From NCBI GenBank assembly GCA_964016885.1, contig OZ024747.1, positions 61,752,001 through 61,816,000 of the forward strand: 64,000 nucleotides of DNA, written 5' to 3'. Under the pieces are notes generated by a model. It did no database searches. It saw nothing but the letters and a program-made list of their open reading frames with translations, and was not told the origin of the DNA. Each line of letters opens with the position of its first letter. The first letter of the stretch is position 1. This document shows positions 62,501 through 64,000 of this stretch, piece by piece. The translations under genes and the position numbers were made by a program. The DNA comes from Eledone cirrhosa. Lineage: Eukaryota.

Positions 62501-64000
62501 ACGCAGCCTCGTTCTGGAATCAGCCTCGTTCTGGACGCAGCCTCGTTCTGAACTCAGCCTCGTTCTCGACACAGCCTCGTTCTGGACTCAGCCTCGTTCT
62601 GGACTCAGCCTCGTTCTGGACGCAACCTCGGTCTGGACTCAGCCTCGTTCTGGACGCAGCCTCGTTCTGGACTCAGCCTCGTTCTGGACTCAGCCTCGTT
62701 CTGGACTCAGCCTCGTTCTGGACACAGCCTCGTTCTGAACTCAGCCTCGTTCTGGACACAGCCTCGTTCTGGACTCAGCCTCGTTCTGGACTCAGCCTCG
62801 TTCTGGACTCAGCCTCGTTCTGGACTCAGCCTCGTTCTGGACACAGCCTCGTTCTGGACACAGCCTCGTTCTGAACTCAGCCTCGTTCTGGACACAGCCT
62901 CGTTCTGGACTCAGCCTCGTTCTGGACGCAGCCTCGTTCTGGACTCAGCCTCGTTCTGGACGCAGCCTCGTTCTGGACTCAGCCTCGTTCTGGACTCAGC
63001 CTCGTTCTGGACTCAGCCTCGTTCTGGACACAGCCTCGTTCTGGACACAGCCTCGATCTGAACTCAGCCTCAGTCTGGACACAGCCTCGTTCTGGACTCA
63101 GCCTCGTTCTGGACTCAGCCTCGTTCTGGACTCAGCCTCGTTCTGGACGCAGCCTCGTTCTGGACTCAGCCTCGTTCTGAACTCAGCCTCGTTCTGGACG
63201 CAGCCTCGTTCTGGACGCAGCCTCGTTCTGGACACAGCCTCGTTCTGAACTCAGCCTCGTTCTGGACACAGCCTCGTTCTGGACTCAGCCTCGTTCTGGA
63301 CTCAGCCTCGTTCTGGACGCAGCCTCGTTCTGGACGCAGCCTCGTTCTGGACGCAGCCTCGTTCTGGACTCAGCCTCGTTCTGGACGCAGCCTCGTTCTG
63401 GACGCAGCCTCGTTCTGGACTCAGCCTCGTTCTGGACGCAGCCTCGTTCTGGACTCAGCCTCGTTCTGGACGCAGCCTCGTTCTGGACTCAGCCTCGTTC
63501 TGGACTCAGCCTCGTTCTGGACTCAGCCTCGTTCTGGACACAGCCTCGTTCTGAACTCAGCCTCGTTCTGGACACAGCCTCGTTCTGGACTCAGCCTCGT
63601 TCTGGACTCAGCCTCGTTCTGGACTCAGCCTCGTTCTGGACTCAGCCTCGTTCTGGACACAGCCTCGTTCTGGACACAGCCTCGTTCTGAACTCAGCCTC
63701 GTTCTGGACACAGCCTCGTTCTGGACTCAGCCTCGTTCTGGACGCAGCCTCGTTCTGGACTCAGCCTCGTTCTGGACGCAGCCTCGTTCTGGACTCAGCC
63801 TCGTTCTGGACTCAGCCTCGTTCTGGACTCAGCCTCGTTCTGGACACAGCCTGGTTCTGGACACAGCCTCGTTCTGAACTCAGCCTCGTTCTGGACTCAG
63901 CCTCGTTCTGGACACAGCCTCGTTCTGGACACAGCCTCGTTCTCAACTCAGCCTCGTTCTGGACTCAGCCTCGTTCTGGACTCAGCCTCGTTCTGGACTC
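17586..64000. repeat. 17-bp satellite B (GAC[T/G/A]CAGCCTCGTTCTG), ~2,730 head-to-tail copies, open at window end
   Basis: Uninterrupted 17-bp period in one orientation, with rare 16-bp units. I saw no TE insertion or inversion in 46 kb. Confidence 0.99.

Noticed and set aside
17437-62874. Long + strand ORFs (up to 782 aa) of WTQPRSGLSLVLDSASF repeats
   Set aside because: Three 17-bp monomers give a stop-free 51-nt cycle, so all three frames encode the same peptide. Stops (TGAAC variant) and 16-bp frameshifting units are scattered without regard to frame, so there is no sign of coding selection.
17586-64000. CENP-B box resemblance (17 bp; CCTCGTTCTGGACGCAG vs CTTCGTTGGAAACGGGA)
   Set aside because: Only 5 of the 9 essential nucleotides match, and only in the G variant. 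That is insufficient for CENP-B binding, and the length match is likely coincidence.
17586-64000. AP-1/MARE-like (GGACTCAGC) and heat-shock-element-like (TTCTGGAC/TTCTGGAA) motifs
   Set aside because: The consensus misses critical bases (TGACTCA; three nGAAn units). Short partial matches are expected by chance.

Overview
Eukaryotic animal genomic DNA with no host protein-coding gene that I can support. The repeat landscape (dense (TA)n/(CA)n microsatellites, RTE LINEs with (GAT)n tails, tRNA-derived SINEs) resembles a cephalopod (Octopus-like) genome; that assignment is inference. The first ~16.9 kb is AT-rich transposon debris. It holds a 60-bp minisatellite and three fold-back structures: one carries two Penelope-type minimal hammerhead ribozyme motifs and another a degenerate one. 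It also holds a tRNA-like cloverleaf, a decayed hAT (Buster/Charlie-type) transposase, a 5'-truncated RTE LINE plus fragments, SINEs, a TTAA-flanked piggyBac-type MITE and a 29-bp minisatellite. At ~16.93 kb a 14-bp fold-back junction switches abruptly to GC-rich DNA. About 38 copies of a 17-bp repeat (GACCCGGCTATGGGCTC) are followed by >46 kb (~2,730 copies, open at the window end) of a second 17-bp satellite (GACTCAGCCTCGTTCTG) with no TE insertion seen. Variant monomers in this array form nested higher-order structure: 8- and 11-monomer phrases, then 0.7, 1.3, 1.6-1.7, 5.3, 6.0 and 10.0 kb periods. The array is a candidate centromeric or pericentromeric/subtelomeric satellite edge. All long ORFs in the ORF track are translation artefacts of repeats or TE remnants.
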